DNA of 64,000 nucleotides from an uncultured Candidatus Rokubacteria bacterium (GCA_963826115.1 CAWGVS010000012.1:768001-832000); one strand, 5' to 3'; numbered from the stretch's first letter, positions 39,707-49,467 are shown. Notes: generated from the sequence alone by a model not told the origin. Numbers and translations are program-made.

Positions 39707-40696
39707 ATGACCGACCTCCTCTGGACCGTCGGGCCGCCGTTCCTGCTCCTGAACGGGGTCCTGATCATCGTGACGTACCTCACCCTGCTCGAGCGGAAGG
39801 TCGCGGCGCGGCTCCAGTCCCGGGTGGGGCCGTACGAGGTCGGGCGCCCGCACGGGTGGCTCCAGCCGATCGCCGACGCGATCAAGCTCCTCCTCAAGGA
39901 GGACATCGTCCCCACGGCCGCCGACCGCCCGGTCTACAACCTGGCGCCGATCGTGTTCCTGGTGCCGGCGTTCCTCATGTACGCGGCGATCCCCTTCGCG
40001 CAGGGCTGGGCCCTCGCCGACGTGGAGATCGGGCTCGTCTTCGTGCTGGCGGTGTCGTCGCTCGAGGTCGTGGGCCTGTTCATGTGCGGGTGGGGCTCCA
40101 ACAACAAGTACGCGCTCCTCTCGGCCATGCGGGCCGTGAACCAGATCATCTCGTACGAGGTGCCGTTCATCCTGGTGGCGCTGGTCCCGGTGGTGCTGAC
40201 GGGGTCGCTCCGCCTCTCGACGATCGTCGAGGCGCAGCACGGCCTCCTCGGCTGGTTCGTGTTCTACCCGGTGCTGGGGCAGCTGGCCTTCCTCGCCTTC
40301 ATGGTGATGTCGCTCGCCTCGGAGAACCGCATCCCGTTCGACATCGTCGAGGCCGAGTCGGAGCTGGTCGCGGGCTTCCGGGTGGAGTACTCCGGGATGA
40401 AGTTCGCCCTGATCCAGCTGGCGGAGTTCGTCCACCTGTTCGGGGTGTCGTGCCTCGGCACGCTCCTGTTCCTCGGCGGGTGGCTCGGCCCCGGGCCGGC
40501 GGCGCTCGGCCCGCTCTGGTTCCTGCTGAAGTCGCTCTTCCTCTTCGTCGTGATCGTCTGGGTGCGCTGGTCGTTCATCCGGATCCGGGTGGACCAGATC
40601 CTCGCCCTGTCGTGGAAGGTGTTCCTGCCGGCGTCGGTCGCGCTGCTCCTGGCCGCGGGCGCGATCGTGGCGGCGCGCGGAGGCCCCGGTGCCTGA
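39707..40696 (+). CDS. nuoH: Complex I subunit H
   Basis: LERKV..R.GP, LQPIADAIKL, SYEVP, PFDIVEAESELVAG. Confidence 0.95.
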   Translation: MTDLLWTVGPPFLLLNGVLIIVTYLTLLERKVAARLQSRVGPYEVGRPHGWLQPIADAIKLLLKEDIVPTAADRPVYNLAPIVFLVPAFLMYAAIPFAQGWALADVEIGLVFVLAVSSLEVVGLFMCGWGSNNKYALLSAMRAVNQIISYEVPFILVALVPVVLTGSLRLSTIVEAQHGLLGWFVFYPVLGQLAFLAFMVMSLASENRIPFDIVEAESELVAGFRVEYSGMKFALIQLAEFVHLFGVSCLGTLLFLGGWLGPGPAALGPLWFLLKSLFLFVVIVWVRWSFIRIRVDQILALSWKVFLPASVALLLAAGAIVAARGGPGA

Positions 40697-41237
40697 GGGC
40701 GGCGTGGCCGGCGCCTGGGGGATGGTGCGGGCCGTGGGCACCGCGATGGCGGTGACGCTCCGGAACTTCCTCCGGCCCCCGGTGACGGTGCACTACCCGC
40801 GGGTGACGCGGCCCTACCCGGACCGCTTCCGGGGCGTGCTCGCGCTCACCTACGACCCGGAGACCGGCGAGGAGAACTGCATCGGGTGCCGGCTCTGCGA
40901 GTTCATCTGCCCGCCGCAGGTGATCAAGGTCGAGATGCTGAAGGCCGAGAAGCGGAACTACGCGAAGCTCTTCACGCTCGAGCTCTACGCGTGCGAGTTC
41001 TGCGAGCTCTGCGTTCAGGTCTGCCCGACCGACGCGATCATCATGCTCCGGACGTTCGACCTGGCCACCACCGACCGCCGGGAGCTCCTGCTCGACAAGG
41101 ACCGCCTCCACGCCCTCGGCCGGCAGTTCCCGGCGTCCTGGGCGACCGGGACCGGGCTCCGGGCCATGCAGGCGCCGCCGGCCCGGGGCAAGGGCGAGCA
41201 CGGGAAGGACGCCGCCGCGAAGGACGCGGCCGAGTGA
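40689..41237 (+). CDS. nuoI: Complex I subunit I
   Basis: Two CxxCxxCxxxCP motifs. Confidence 0.95.
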   Translation: MPEGGVAGAWGMVRAVGTAMAVTLRNFLRPPVTVHYPRVTRPYPDRFRGVLALTYDPETGEENCIGCRLCEFICPPQVIKVEMLKAEKRNYAKLFTLELYACEFCELCVQVCPTDAIIMLRTFDLATTDRRELLLDKDRLHALGRQFPASWATGTGLRAMQAPPARGKGEHGKDAAAKDAAE

Positions 41238-41247
41238 GGCGGCGTCG

Positions 41248-41739
41248 ATGACCGCCGGCGCGCTCGGTCTCGGCGGGATCGCCCTCCTCGTCCTCGGCGC
41301 GAGCCTGGGCGTCGTCCTCGCCCGGAACCTCTTCCACGCGGTCCTCTGGCTCGCGCTGGCCCTCGTGGGGACGGCCGGCCTCTTCGTGCTCCTCCACGCG
41401 GAGTTCCTCGCCGCCGTCCAGGTGCTGCTCTACGCGGGCGGCGTGGTCACGATCGTCGTCTTCGCGATCATGCTGACCGAGCGGCTCGTCGGCGACTCCC
41501 TCCGCCAGACGAACCGCGGGATCGCGGCCGGCGCCCTGGCCGCGGTTGCCGTGTTCGCCGGGCTCGCCGGGACCATCCTGCGCGCGCCCCGTCCCGGGGC
41601 CCCGGCGACCCCGGCCCTCACGACCGAGCTCCTCGGCCGGGCCGTCCTCACCGAGTGGGTGCTCGCCTTCGAGGTGCTGGGCCTCCTCCTTCTCGCCGCC
41701 CTCCTCGGCGCGCTCTACCTCGCGCGGACGGAGGAGTAG
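41248..41739 (+). CDS. nuoJ: Complex I subunit J
   Basis: AEFLAAVQVLLYAGG, FEV. Confidence 0.93.
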   Translation: MTAGALGLGGIALLVLGASLGVVLARNLFHAVLWLALALVGTAGLFVLLHAEFLAAVQVLLYAGGVVTIVVFAIMLTERLVGDSLRQTNRGIAAGALAAVAVFAGLAGTILRAPRPGAPATPALTTELLGRAVLTEWVLAFEVLGLLLLAALLGALYLARTEE

Positions 41740-41744
41740 CGACC

Positions 41745-42041
41745 GTGCTGCAGGCCTTCCTCCTCGTCGCCGCGGCCATGTTCGCGATCGGGCTGTTCGG
41801 CGTTCTCACGCGGCGGAACGCGGTCGGCATCCTGCTCGGTCTCGAGCTCATGCTGAACGCCGTCAACATCAACCTGGTCGCGTTCGCCCACTTCAACGGG
41901 GCGGTGGGGGGCTGGGTGCTCGCGCTCTTCACGATCGCCATCACGGTGACGGAGGTCGCCGTCGGCCTGGCGATCGTCATCGTGATCTTCCGCGTGCGCC
42001 GCACGGTCGACGCGGACCACCTGAACCTCCTGCGCGGCTGA
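41745..42041 (+). CDS. nuoK: Complex I subunit K
   Basis: LELMLNAVNINL, EVAVGLA, NLLRG. Confidence 0.95.
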   Translation: MLQAFLLVAAAMFAIGLFGVLTRRNAVGILLGLELMLNAVNINLVAFAHFNGAVGGWVLALFTIAITVTEVAVGLAIVIVIFRVRRTVDADHLNLLRG

Positions 42042-42051
42042 GGCGATCGGC

Positions 42052-43953
42052 GTGAGCGAGAACGGCCTCGCGCTCCTGGTCCTGGCGAGCCCCTTCGTCG
42101 CCGCGTTCGTCCTGGGCGTGGTCCCGCCCCTCCGGCGGACCGGGCGCCTGGCGGCGCTCGTGTCCCTCGCGGGCATCGGCGTCGCGTTCGTCGCGGCGGC
42201 GCGCCTGGCGGCCGGGCTCTGGCACGGCGGGGTCGTGGCCGACACGCGCGGGGGCTTCGTCGTCCGGGACGTCACGGTCACCGTGTCGTGGCTCCCGCAG
42301 GCCGGGCCGGTGCCGCTCGCGACCGTGGGCCTCTACGTCGATCCGCTCTCCGCCGCGATGGCGGTCCTGGTCACGCTGGTCGCCGCGCTCGTCCAGCTTT
42401 ACTCGCTCGGCTACCTCGGGGACGAGCCGCCGCCGGCGCTCGGGCGCTACTACCTCTACCAGTCGCTCTTCGCCTTCGCGATGCTGGGCCTGGTCTTCGC
42501 CCCGAACTTCCTCCAGCTCTTCGTCTTCTGGGAGCTGGTCGGGCTCTGCTCGTACCTCCTGATCGGCTTCTACTACCAGCGGCCGGCGGCGGCGCGCGCG
42601 GCGGTGAAGGCGTTCTGGGTGACGAAGCTCGGGGACGTCGGCTTCCTCCTCGGGATCGTGCTCCTGTGGGGTGCGACGGGCACGTTCGAGTTCGCCACCC
42701 TGTTCCACGCGGTGGCGGGCGGCGCGGTGCCGGCGAACCTCGCGCTCTACATGACGCTCATCTACCTCGGCGCCGTCGGCAAGAGCGCCCAGTTCCCGCT
42801 CCACGTGTGGCTGCCCGACGCGATGGAGGGCCCGACCCCCGTCTCCGCCCTGATCCACGCCGCCACCATGGTCACCGCCGGCGTGTTCCTGGTGGCCCGG
42901 GCGCTCCCGCTGTTCGTCGCCACGCCGTGGGTGATGGTCCTGATCGCCTACGTGGGGGCGTTCACCGCCCTCCTGGCGGCGACCCTCGCCCTCGGGGAGT
43001 CCGACATCAAGCGCGTCCTCGCGTACTCCACCGTGTCCCAGCTCGGCTACATGATGGCGGCGCTCGGGGCCGGGGCCCTCGTGGCGGGGGTCCTCCATCT
43101 CCTCCTCCACGGCTTCTTCAAGGCGCTCCTGTTCCTCGCCGCGGGCGCGGTGATCCACGCGGTCCACACGAACGACATGGGGCGGATGGGCCGGCTCGCG
43201 CGGGCCATGCCGAAGACCGCGATCGTGTTCGTCGTGGGCACGCTCGCGCTGGCCGGCGTGCCGCCGTTCTCGGGCTTCGTGTCGAAGGAGGCGATCCTCG
43301 GCGGCGTGTGGGAGGCGGGGCTCCACGGGCCGTTCGTCCTCCTGTCGGTCACCGTGTTCCTGACCGCGTTCTACATGTTCCGGGCCGTGTTCCTCACGTT
43401 CTTCGGGCCGCGCGGCGCGGGCGGGCACCCCCACGATCCCCCGGCGGTGATGATGGGCCCGCTCTGGCTCCTGGCGCTCCTGTCGATCGCCGGCACGGCG
43501 CTCGGGAGCGCGGTCCTCGGCCAGACGTTCGCCGCGTTCCTGACGCGGGGCGTGCACGGGGAGCTCCCGCACGGGCCGCACTGGCTGACGTACTTCTCGG
43601 TCGGGCTCGCGCTCGCCGGCATCGGGCTGGCCTGGCTCGTCTACCAGCGCCGGACGGTCTCGGTCGAGGCGCTGACGCGCGGGCTCGGGCCGCTGCCCGC
43701 CTGGGCGGCCCGGGGGTACGGGCTCGACGCGCTCTACGTGCTCGTCTACCGGGGCGTCGTCCTCGCCGTCGCCCGGGTCGTGGGATGGACGGACCGGTAC
43801 CTGGTCGACGGGCTGGTGAACGTGGCCAGCGCGTTCACGCTCCAGGCGGGCGCGGACCTCCGGCGGATCCAGACCGGCCGCGCCCAGGACTACCTCTACG
43901 GCGTGACGGCGGGGCTCCTGTTCGTCCTGCTCCTGTGGCGGCTCTGGGCATGA
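42052..43953 (+). CDS. nuoL: Complex I subunit L
   Basis: GKSAQFPLHVWLPDAMEGPTPVSALIHAATMV, DIKRVLAYSTVSQLG. Confidence 0.96.
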   Translation: MSENGLALLVLASPFVAAFVLGVVPPLRRTGRLAALVSLAGIGVAFVAAARLAAGLWHGGVVADTRGGFVVRDVTVTVSWLPQAGPVPLATVGLYVDPLSAAMAVLVTLVAALVQLYSLGYLGDEPPPALGRYYLYQSLFAFAMLGLVFAPNFLQLFVFWELVGLCSYLLIGFYYQRPAAARAAVKAFWVTKLGDVGFLLGIVLLWGATGTFEFATLFHAVAGGAVPANLALYMTLIYLGAVGKSAQFPLHVWLPDAMEGPTPVSALIHAATMVTAGVFLVARALPLFVATPWVMVLIAYVGAFTALLAATLALGESDIKRVLAYSTVSQLGYMMAALGAGALVAGVLHLLLHGFFKALLFLAAGAVIHAVHTNDMGRMGRLARAMPKTAIVFVVGTLALAGVPPFSGFVSKEAILGGVWEAGLHGPFVLLSVTVFLTAFYMFRAVFLTFFGPRGAGGHPHDPPAVMMGPLWLLALLSIAGTALGSAVLGQTFAAFLTRGVHGELPHGPHWLTYFSVGLALAGIGLAWLVYQRRTVSVEALTRGLGPLPAWAARGYGLDALYVLVYRGVVLAVARVVGWTDRYLVDGLVNVASAFTLQAGADLRRIQTGRAQDYLYGVTAGLLFVLLLWRLWA

Positions 43954-45494
43954 CCGGCTTCCCCGTCCTCTCGGTCATCACGGCGACGCCGTTCGTGGCC
44001 GCCTGCCTCATCATGCTGCTCGGCCGGACCCGCCCGCTCGGCGTCCGGCTGATCGCCGTCGGCGCGGGGGCGCTGACGCTGGCGCTGTCGCTCTACCTCT
44101 ACTGCGAGTACGACACGGCGGCGGGCGGCTTCCAGTTCCGCGAGCAGTACCCGCTCGTGCGGGCCCTCGGCATCTCCGTCGAGCTCGGCGCCGACGGGAT
44201 CTCGGTGCTGATGGTCCTCCTGACCGGGATCATCATCTTCGCCGGCGCCTTCGCGTCGTGGACCGTGCGGGTCCGCGGCCAGGAGTTCTACGCGCTCCTG
44301 CTGCTCCTGGTGACCGGGGTGTTCGGGGTCTTCGTCTCGCTCGACCTCTTCGTGTTCTTCCTCTTCTACGAGATCGCGGTGCTGCCGATGTACCTCCTCA
44401 TCGGCATCTGGGGCTCGACGGGCGAGGTCCGCCCCCAGGGCATCTTCGCGTGGGCCTTCCGCGAGACGGGTGTGGGCACCAAGGAATACGCGGCGATGAA
44501 GCTGACCCTCTACCTCCTCCTGGGGTCGGCCTTCATCCTGGTCGGGCTGTTCGTCCTCTATTTCGCCGCGGGCGTCCAGTCGTTCTCGCTGCTCGCGCTC
44601 TCCGAGGTGACGTTCTCGCCGGCGATCCAGCGCTGGGTGTTCCTCGCCCTCTACGTGGGGTTCGGCATCCTCGCCGGCATCTGGCCGCTCCACACCTGGT
44701 CGCCCGACGGCCACGCCTCGGCCCCGACCGCGGTCTCGATGCTCCACGCCGGCGTCCTCATGAAGCTCGGGGCCTTCGGCGTCATCCGGGTGGCGATGAC
44801 CCTCCTGCCCGAGGCGACGCAGTACTGGGCGCCGCTCGTCGGGACGATCGCGGTGATCAACGTCGTCTACGGCGCCTTCTCGGCGATGGCCCAGACGGAT
44901 CTCAAGTACGTCATCGCCTACTCCTCGGTGTCCCACATGGGGCTCGTGATGCTGGGTGCGGCGACCCTGACCGAGGCCGGGGTCAACGGCGCGGTGTTCC
45001 AGATGTTCGCCCACGGCATCATGACGGGCCTCTTCTTCGCGCTGGTCGGCCTCATCTACGAGAAGTCGCACACGCGCGAGATCGAGCGGATGGGCGGCTT
45101 CGGCCGGCGGATGCCCGGGGTCGCGGCGGGCTTCACGCTGGGCGCGCTCTCGTCCCTCGGGCTCCCCGGGCTCGCGGGGTTCGTCGCCGAGATCCTGACC
45201 TTCCTCGGCGCCTGGCAGTCGGCCGCCCGGTGGTGGCTCTTCCCCGCCGTCCTCGGCACGCTCCTGACCGCGATCTACGTGCTCCGCGCGGCGAAGCGGA
45301 TCTTCTGGGGGCCGCTCGCCGAGGGGCCGCACGGCGAGTGGGCGAGCCTCCCCGACGCCCGGGGCACCGAGTGGGTGAGCCTCGTGTTCCTCTCGGGCGT
45401 CCTCATCCTCTTCGGCCTGATCCCGGGGCTCGCGCTCTCGCTGATCGATCCGGCGGTCGTGAGCCTGCTCGACCGCATCGGGGTCCTGCCGTGA
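43950..45494 (+). CDS. nuoM: Complex I subunit M
   Basis: PLHTWSPDGH, MKLG, IAYSSVSHMG, GLPGLAGFVAE; ATGA overlap with nuoL. Confidence 0.95.
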   Translation: MTGFPVLSVITATPFVAACLIMLLGRTRPLGVRLIAVGAGALTLALSLYLYCEYDTAAGGFQFREQYPLVRALGISVELGADGISVLMVLLTGIIIFAGAFASWTVRVRGQEFYALLLLLVTGVFGVFVSLDLFVFFLFYEIAVLPMYLLIGIWGSTGEVRPQGIFAWAFRETGVGTKEYAAMKLTLYLLLGSAFILVGLFVLYFAAGVQSFSLLALSEVTFSPAIQRWVFLALYVGFGILAGIWPLHTWSPDGHASAPTAVSMLHAGVLMKLGAFGVIRVAMTLLPEATQYWAPLVGTIAVINVVYGAFSAMAQTDLKYVIAYSSVSHMGLVMLGAATLTEAGVNGAVFQMFAHGIMTGLFFALVGLIYEKSHTREIERMGGFGRRMPGVAAGFTLGALSSLGLPGLAGFVAEILTFLGAWQSAARWWLFPAVLGTLLTAIYVLRAAKRIFWGPLAEGPHGEWASLPDARGTEWVSLVFLSGVLILFGLIPGLALSLIDPAVVSLLDRIGVLP

Positions 45495-46894
45495 TGCTGC
45501 TCACGCTCGAGCTGGGCGTCGCGGGACTCGCCCTCGTCGTCTTCGCGCTGGGCCTCGGCGGGGGCGCCCGCCGCGCGCGCGAGATCGGCCTGGTGACCGC
45601 GGTCGGGCTCGCCGGGCTCGTCGGCCTCTCGCTGGTGATCGACGCCCGGGGCCCCCTGTTCGACGGCGCCTTCGTGGTCGATGGCCTCGCGGTGTTCCTG
45701 AAGCAGGTCTTCCTCCTGGCGACCCTCCTCGCGGTCGTCGGCGGCCTCGCGCGCCCGGACCGGGCCGGCCGGGCCCTCGAGTACCACCTGCTCGTGCTGA
45801 CCGCGCTCCTCGGGATGATGGTCCTCGCCTCGGCGCGGGAGCTGGTGCTGCTCTTCGTGGCCTTCGAGCTGATGTCGATCCCGCTCTACGTCCTCGCGGC
45901 CTTCGCCAAGCGGGACGCGCGCGCGGTCGAGGCGTCGCTCAAGTTCTTTCTGGTGGGGGGCCTCTCGACCGCGCTCCTCGCCTACGGGCTCTCCTTCGTC
46001 TACGGCATCGCCGGGAGCACGCGCCTCGACGCCGTCACGCGCGCGGCGGCGGGCGGCGATCCCCTGCTGATGCTCGGGCTGCTCCTGGTCCTCGGCGGGG
46101 TGGGCTTCAAGATCGCCGCGTTCCCGTTCCACATGTGGGCCCCGGACACCTACGAGGCGGCGGAGACCCCGTTCGTCGCGTGGCTGTCCGTGGCGCCGAA
46201 GGCCGCAGGGTTCGCCGTCCTCCTGCGGGTCTTCGTCGAGCATGCCGGCCCGCCGGCCGCCCTCTGGGCGGGCGTGGCGGGGGTCCTCGGCGGCCTCACG
46301 ATCGTCGCCGGGAACCTGATGGCGATCCCCCAGACCGACGCCAAGCGCCTCCTCGCCTACTCCGGCATCGCGCACATCGGCTACATGCTGCTCGGCGTGG
46401 CGGCGCTCTCCGCGCACGGCGTGGCGGTGCTGCTCTTCTACCTGGTCGCCTACCTCTTCTCGAACATGGGCGCCTTCATGGTCGTGGAGGCGGTGGCGGC
46501 GAGCGAGGGCACCTCGGCCCTCCGCGCGTTCCGCGGGCTCGCCCAGCGCTCGCCGGTGCTGGCGCTCGCCATGCTCCTCTTCCTGCTGTCGCTCGGCGGG
46601 ATCCCGTTCGTGGTGGGGTTCTGGGCGAAGCTCTACGTCTTCTGGGCGGCGGCGCAGGCGGGGCTCTACGGGCTCGTGCTCCTCGCCGCGATCCTGACGG
46701 TGGTGGCGCTCTTCTACTACTTGCTGGTCGCGAAGCAGATGTACATCGACGCGCCGGCCCGCGCGACGCCGGTGCCCGTCCCGCCGGCGCTCGCCCTCGT
46801 GCTCCTGGTCAGCGCTGCCGCGATCGTGCTGCTCGGGCTCTACCCCGGCCCGCTCCTCGACACCGCGCTCCGCGCCGCGACCCCGCTCTTCTAG
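45494..46894 (+). CDS. nuoN: Complex I subunit N
   Basis: EASLKFF, GFKIAAFPFHMWAPDTYE, KRLLAYSGIAHIGY. Confidence 0.95.
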   Translation: MLLTLELGVAGLALVVFALGLGGGARRAREIGLVTAVGLAGLVGLSLVIDARGPLFDGAFVVDGLAVFLKQVFLLATLLAVVGGLARPDRAGRALEYHLLVLTALLGMMVLASARELVLLFVAFELMSIPLYVLAAFAKRDARAVEASLKFFLVGGLSTALLAYGLSFVYGIAGSTRLDAVTRAAAGGDPLLMLGLLLVLGGVGFKIAAFPFHMWAPDTYEAAETPFVAWLSVAPKAAGFAVLLRVFVEHAGPPAALWAGVAGVLGGLTIVAGNLMAIPQTDAKRLLAYSGIAHIGYMLLGVAALSAHGVAVLLFYLVAYLFSNMGAFMVVEAVAASEGTSALRAFRGLAQRSPVLALAMLLFLLSLGGIPFVVGFWAKLYVFWAAAQAGLYGLVLLAAILTVVALFYYLLVAKQMYIDAPARATPVPVPPALALVLLVSAAAIVLLGLYPGPLLDTALRAATPLF

Positions 46895-46917
46895 CGGGGG
46901 GCGCGCGGCGACGCGCG

Positions 46918-47211
46918 TCACTTCCGCCAGCGGCCCTCGACGTAGACCCAGCCCTGCGGGGTCTGCTGGTAGCGTCCGGGAATCCACGCGCCCTGCGCTT
47001 CCACCCAGTGGCCGGACACCCAGGCCCAGCGCCCGCCCTGCCAGGCCCAGTGTCCCGCGATCCAGACGAACTGGGGGCCGGGCGATGGCGGCGGCTTCTC
47101 GACCTGGGGCGGCGGCGGGGGCGCGGGGGCCTGGGCGAGCGCGGGCAGGGCCATGAGGGTGCCGAGGGCGAGGCCGGCGAGGAGCCCCCGGACGCGAGTC
47201 CACATCGTCAT
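46918..47211 (-). CDS. Secreted WXXGXW/YXWGXW-repeat protein
   Basis: Signal peptide, then WIAGHW, WVSGHW, WIPGRY, YVEGRW. Confidence 0.85.
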   Translation of the reverse strand: MTMWTRVRGLLAGLALGTLMALPALAQAPAPPPPPQVEKPPPSPGPQFVWIAGHWAWQGGRWAWVSGHWVEAQGAWIPGRYQQTPQGWVYVEGRWRK

Positions 47212-47339
47212 ACGCTTTCCCCTTCGCTAGGTTCCGACGCGCCGGCGCGCCGCGCATTCAGCCCGGGCCCCAGCTAAGCAGGGCCGGCCACGGCCGGTCA
47301 AGTGATCTCCACGCCTGGCCGTCGCGGGGTCCCGTTCCC

Positions 47340-47387
47340 TTGACAGCCCCCGGATCGGGCGCTAGTGTACCGACCGGTCGGTACACT
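47340..47387 (+). promoter_or_regulatory. sigma70 promoter with a perfect 24-bp TetR-type operator
   Basis: TTGACA-17 bp-TAGTGT; palindrome AGTGTACCGACCGGTCGGTACACT at 47364-47387 overlaps the -10 and +1. Confidence 0.85.
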
Positions 47388-47391
47388 CATC

Positions 47392-48018
47392 ATGACGCGA
47401 TCCCCCGTCAAGGAGCAGATCCTCGAGGTGGCCACGCGGCTCATGGCTCTGCGCGGGTACCATCGCACCGCGCTCGACGAGGTCCTGCAAGAGAGCGGCG
47501 CCGGAAAGGGTAACTTCTACCACTACTTCCGGTCCAAGGAAGACCTCGGGTACGCCATCCTCGATCGGCTCCTCGAGCGCTTCGAGGCGCGCACCCTCGC
47601 CCCCATCTTCGCGGACGGGACGCGGGACCCCCTCGACCAGGTCGAGGCGTTCCTGGACGAGGTCCTGGCGACCCAGCGGGCCCGAAACTGCGTGGGCGGA
47701 TGCCCCCTCGGGAACCTCGCCACCGAGCTCGCCGACGCCCACGAGGGCTTCCGTCAGCGCTTGTCGGACGGGTTCGAGCGGTGGCGCCAGTACCTCGCCG
47801 CCGCCCTCGCGCGCGCCCAGGCGGTCGGCGCGATCACCCAGGACGTCGAGCCTACGACCCTCGCGCGCTTCCTCGTCGCCGGGATCGAGGGGGCGATCCT
47901 CCTGGCGAAGGTCCAGAAGGATATCGGCGTGATGGAGCATTGCATCGGCGAGCTCCGCCGCCACCTCGCGCTCTACCGACGCGACGCGCCCGCGCTGCCG
48001 GCGGGGCTCGGGCGATGA
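47392..48018 (+). CDS. TetR-family regulator (NemR/ComR-like)
   Basis: HTH GKGNFYHYFRSKEDL; GGCPLGNL. Confidence 0.92.
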   Translation: MTRSPVKEQILEVATRLMALRGYHRTALDEVLQESGAGKGNFYHYFRSKEDLGYAILDRLLERFEARTLAPIFADGTRDPLDQVEAFLDEVLATQRARNCVGGCPLGNLATELADAHEGFRQRLSDGFERWRQYLAAALARAQAVGAITQDVEPTTLARFLVAGIEGAILLAKVQKDIGVMEHCIGELRRHLALYRRDAPALPAGLGR

Positions 48019-48629
48019 CCACCGAGCGGGCCCCCGTGGTGTCGGCCGAGACGCCGGACCAGCGGCTCCACCAGGACCTCCTGGCCCAGGCGCCGGGGGC
48101 GACGGAGGCGCTCGTCCACCGCTATGGCGTGAAGATCTACCGTCTCGCGCTCCGGATCACGGGCAGTCCCGAGGACGCGCAGGAAGTGAGCCAGGACGTC
48201 CTCTGGACCATCGTCCGGAAGATCGGCACGTTCAAGGGCGAGTCGGCGCTCGGGAGCTGGATCTATCGCATCACCGCGAACGCGGCGTACGAGAAGCTCC
48301 GGAGCCGGCGCGGCAAGGACGAGGTCTCGTGGGAAGCCCTCCTCCCGGCCTTCGACGGCGACGGCCACTTCGTCGAGCCGGGCCACGACTGGAGCCAGCA
48401 GATCGAGGATCCGGCGCTCCAGGCCGAGGCGCGGCGCCGGCTCCGCGACGCCATCGACAGCCTGCCGCCGGATTACCGGACGGCCTTCGTCCTCCACGAC
48501 ATGGAGGGGCTGTCGAACCCGGAGATCGCGGACATGCTGGGCATCAGCCTGCCGGCCGTGAAGTCGCGCGTCCACCGCTCGCGCCTGTTCCTGCGGCAGC
48601 GGCTCGGGGAGTACTTCCGGGCAGGATAG
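48015..48629 (+). CDS. ECF RNA polymerase sigma factor
   Basis: DAQEVSQD, SWIYRITAN, EIADMLGISLPAVKSRVHRSR; ATGA overlap with the TetR gene. Confidence 0.93.
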   Translation: MTTERAPVVSAETPDQRLHQDLLAQAPGATEALVHRYGVKIYRLALRITGSPEDAQEVSQDVLWTIVRKIGTFKGESALGSWIYRITANAAYEKLRSRRGKDEVSWEALLPAFDGDGHFVEPGHDWSQQIEDPALQAEARRRLRDAIDSLPPDYRTAFVLHDMEGLSNPEIADMLGISLPAVKSRVHRSRLFLRQRLGEYFRAG

Positions 48630-49338
48630 TCGCGGGCGGCCGCGCCTCAGCCCTCGGGCTCGACGGCGGCCGCGCGCGCCAGCGCATCGCGAGCCACGCC
48701 CCGGCGCCGATCAGCGCCGCGGCCCCGAGGGTCAGGACCGTCACGGTTCCCGTCGAACTCCCGCTGAGGTCGCCCGCCCAGGCCATGAGAAAGATCGCGG
48801 GGGTCATCCCGATCGCCGTGGCGACGAGGAACGGCCCGAGGCGCATCGGCGTGAGCCCGGCGGCGAAGCTCAGGAGATCGAACGCGGTGAACGGCAGGAG
48901 CCGCGCCAGGAGCACTGCGAGCCAGCCGTGCCGCGCGAAGAGCGCGTCCGTCCGCCGGAGCGCCGCGGGGTTCACCAGGCGCTCGACCACGGGCCGCCCC
49001 CAGCGGCGCGCGAGGCCGAAGCAGAGCGCCGCCGACACGAGCACGCTCGCCCAGGAGAGGAGGCCGCCCCAGAGCGTGCCGAAGAGGAGCCCGCTCGCGT
49101 AGACGATCGGGAACGACGGGAGCGGCGCCAGCACCGCCTGAACCTGGATCAGCGTGAAGGTGACGAGCGGCGCCCACGCGCCGAAGCCGCGGAGGTAGTC
49201 GCGCACGCCGGGGAAGTCCCCGGCGGCGATGAGGCGTGTCACCTCGAGGAACCCCGCGCGGCAGGGGCCCCAGCCGGCGGCGACGGCGAGGCCGGCGAGG
49301 GCGACGAGGAGGATGGGGAGCGCGGGCCGGCGACGCAC
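48544..49338 (-). CDS. TVP38/TMEM64 (VTT/DedA superfamily) membrane protein
   Basis: GLLFGTLWG, FGLARRWGR, LARLLPF, FLVATAIG; the 3' tail overlaps the sigma gene so the end is uncertain. Confidence 0.85.
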   Translation of the reverse strand: MRRRPALPILLVALAGLAVAAGWGPCRAGFLEVTRLIAAGDFPGVRDYLRGFGAWAPLVTFTLIQVQAVLAPLPSFPIVYASGLLFGTLWGGLLSWASVLVSAALCFGLARRWGRPVVERLVNPAALRRTDALFARHGWLAVLLARLLPFTAFDLLSFAAGLTPMRLGPFLVATAIGMTPAIFLMAWAGDLSGSSTGTVTVLTLGAAALIGAGAWLAMRWRARPPSSPRAEARPPATILPGSTPRAAAAGTGASGGRATSRPAG

Positions 49339-49467
49339 CCGGCCATGCTACCACCGGTCGCGCGGCCCGCCGGGGCCGGTCCGAGACGTTGACACTGCGC
49401 GATCGGTATGGTCAAATTGGCGCTTCGGATAGCCCGCGCTCGCCGTCATTCTCCGAGGAGGCCACCC

